Positions 63,098-64,000 of a stretch of DNA of 64,000 nt are shown in pieces. The notes under the pieces were generated by a model. The model had not been told where the DNA came from, searched no databases, and worked only from the letters and a program-made list of their open reading frames with translations. Both the position numbers and the translations under genes were made by a program. The DNA is taken from contig OX597835.1 in the NCBI GenBank assembly GCA_951406725.2, forward strand, positions 16,306,001 through 16,370,000, given 5' to 3'. The stretch comes from Octopus vulgaris. Lineage: Eukaryota. The number at the start of each line of letters is the position of its first letter. The first letter of the stretch is position 1.

Positions 63098-64000
63098 TAG
63101 TTGCTAAGCATGCCATGCAGTAAGAGAGAATCCAGGAACTTGTGATTAAAGGAAAGAACTTCTCAACCATGAGGCCATGTATGGATGTGCACACAACAAA
63201 ACATCTAAGCAGGAACATAAAATCCAAGGGATGACTCCATTTACTTTGGAGTTTTCATAGCATGTAGCCAGTTCTTCAGATAAGTGAACACGAGGTGGAA
63301 AAATATATGAAATCGTTTTTTGGGGATTTGGGGGGATGGAGTCAGCAGAAGAGATGAAAGAGTCCACCTGTTATAGTTACAATGATGAGGGTTCCAGCTG
63401 ATCCGATGAACAGAACAGCTTGCCCATGGAATTAACAAGCAAGTGGCTGAGCACTACCCTTAATGTAGTTCTCATGAATATTCAGTATGACACAGAATAT
63501 GACAAGGTTGGCCCTTTGAATTACAGATATACTTCTTTTTTTAATTTTTTATTTTTTTATTTTGCTTGCTTGAGTGGACTGGAGCAATGTGAAATAAGTT
63601 ACCTTGCTCAAGGGTACAGCATGCTGCCAGGAATTGAACTCATAACATTACAGTAGTGAGCCAGTTACTTTAACTCACTAAGTCATGTACTTTCATACAG
63701 ATGCAGGCACACGTATGCACAAAATGACACACCTACATATACTTACTCTACTCTACACAGAGGTATGAATGCATATAATCACACATACCGGCCTATGAAG
63801 GAGAGAAAAGGTGGCAGAACAGGGATCTTAGGCAAAAGCTCACATAAAACTGACATATCAGCCAACACATATACAGCTGTGCATTTAGAGACACTATAGC
63901 ATGATGACCTAGCTGAAGGTCACTGTGAAGACCATATTTGGCCAACCAATATATAGTTATGACATTTGCAGACCATTTACAATCTTTGAAAGATAGAAAA

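Overview
AT-rich eukaryotic DNA dense in microsatellites and SINEs; the repeat families and composition suggest a coleoid cephalopod, probably Octopus (inference). The only host gene I can support is a minus-strand inhibitor-of-apoptosis (IAP/BIRC-type) gene, rebuilt from splice sites and codon phase into six exons: 39341-38656 (second half of a BIR domain plus an octapeptide-repeat tail), 22448-22350, a 28-nt microexon at 19362-19335, 15511-15386 (first half of a UBA domain), 13187-11539 (end of the UBA plus about 530 aa of polyQ/P/S/H), and 9039-8843 (C-terminal RING, stop). All junction phases agree except that exon 13187-11539 is one base short, giving a frameshift near 12692. I could not find the first half of the BIR domain in the window. 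The rest is repeats: tRNA-derived and other SINE families, non-autonomous Helitrons, hAT- and piggyBac-type MITEs with target-site duplications, a mariner relic, and RTE/CR1/R4-like LINE fragments. The most notable non-coding signal is a set of minimal type-I hammerhead-ribozyme folds in Penelope-like, often fold-back, insertions. One has a canonical core and lies sense to the IAP pre-mRNA (15143-15098); several share a CCGANGA core variant. Most ORFs in the supplied track are microsatellite or SINE artefacts.
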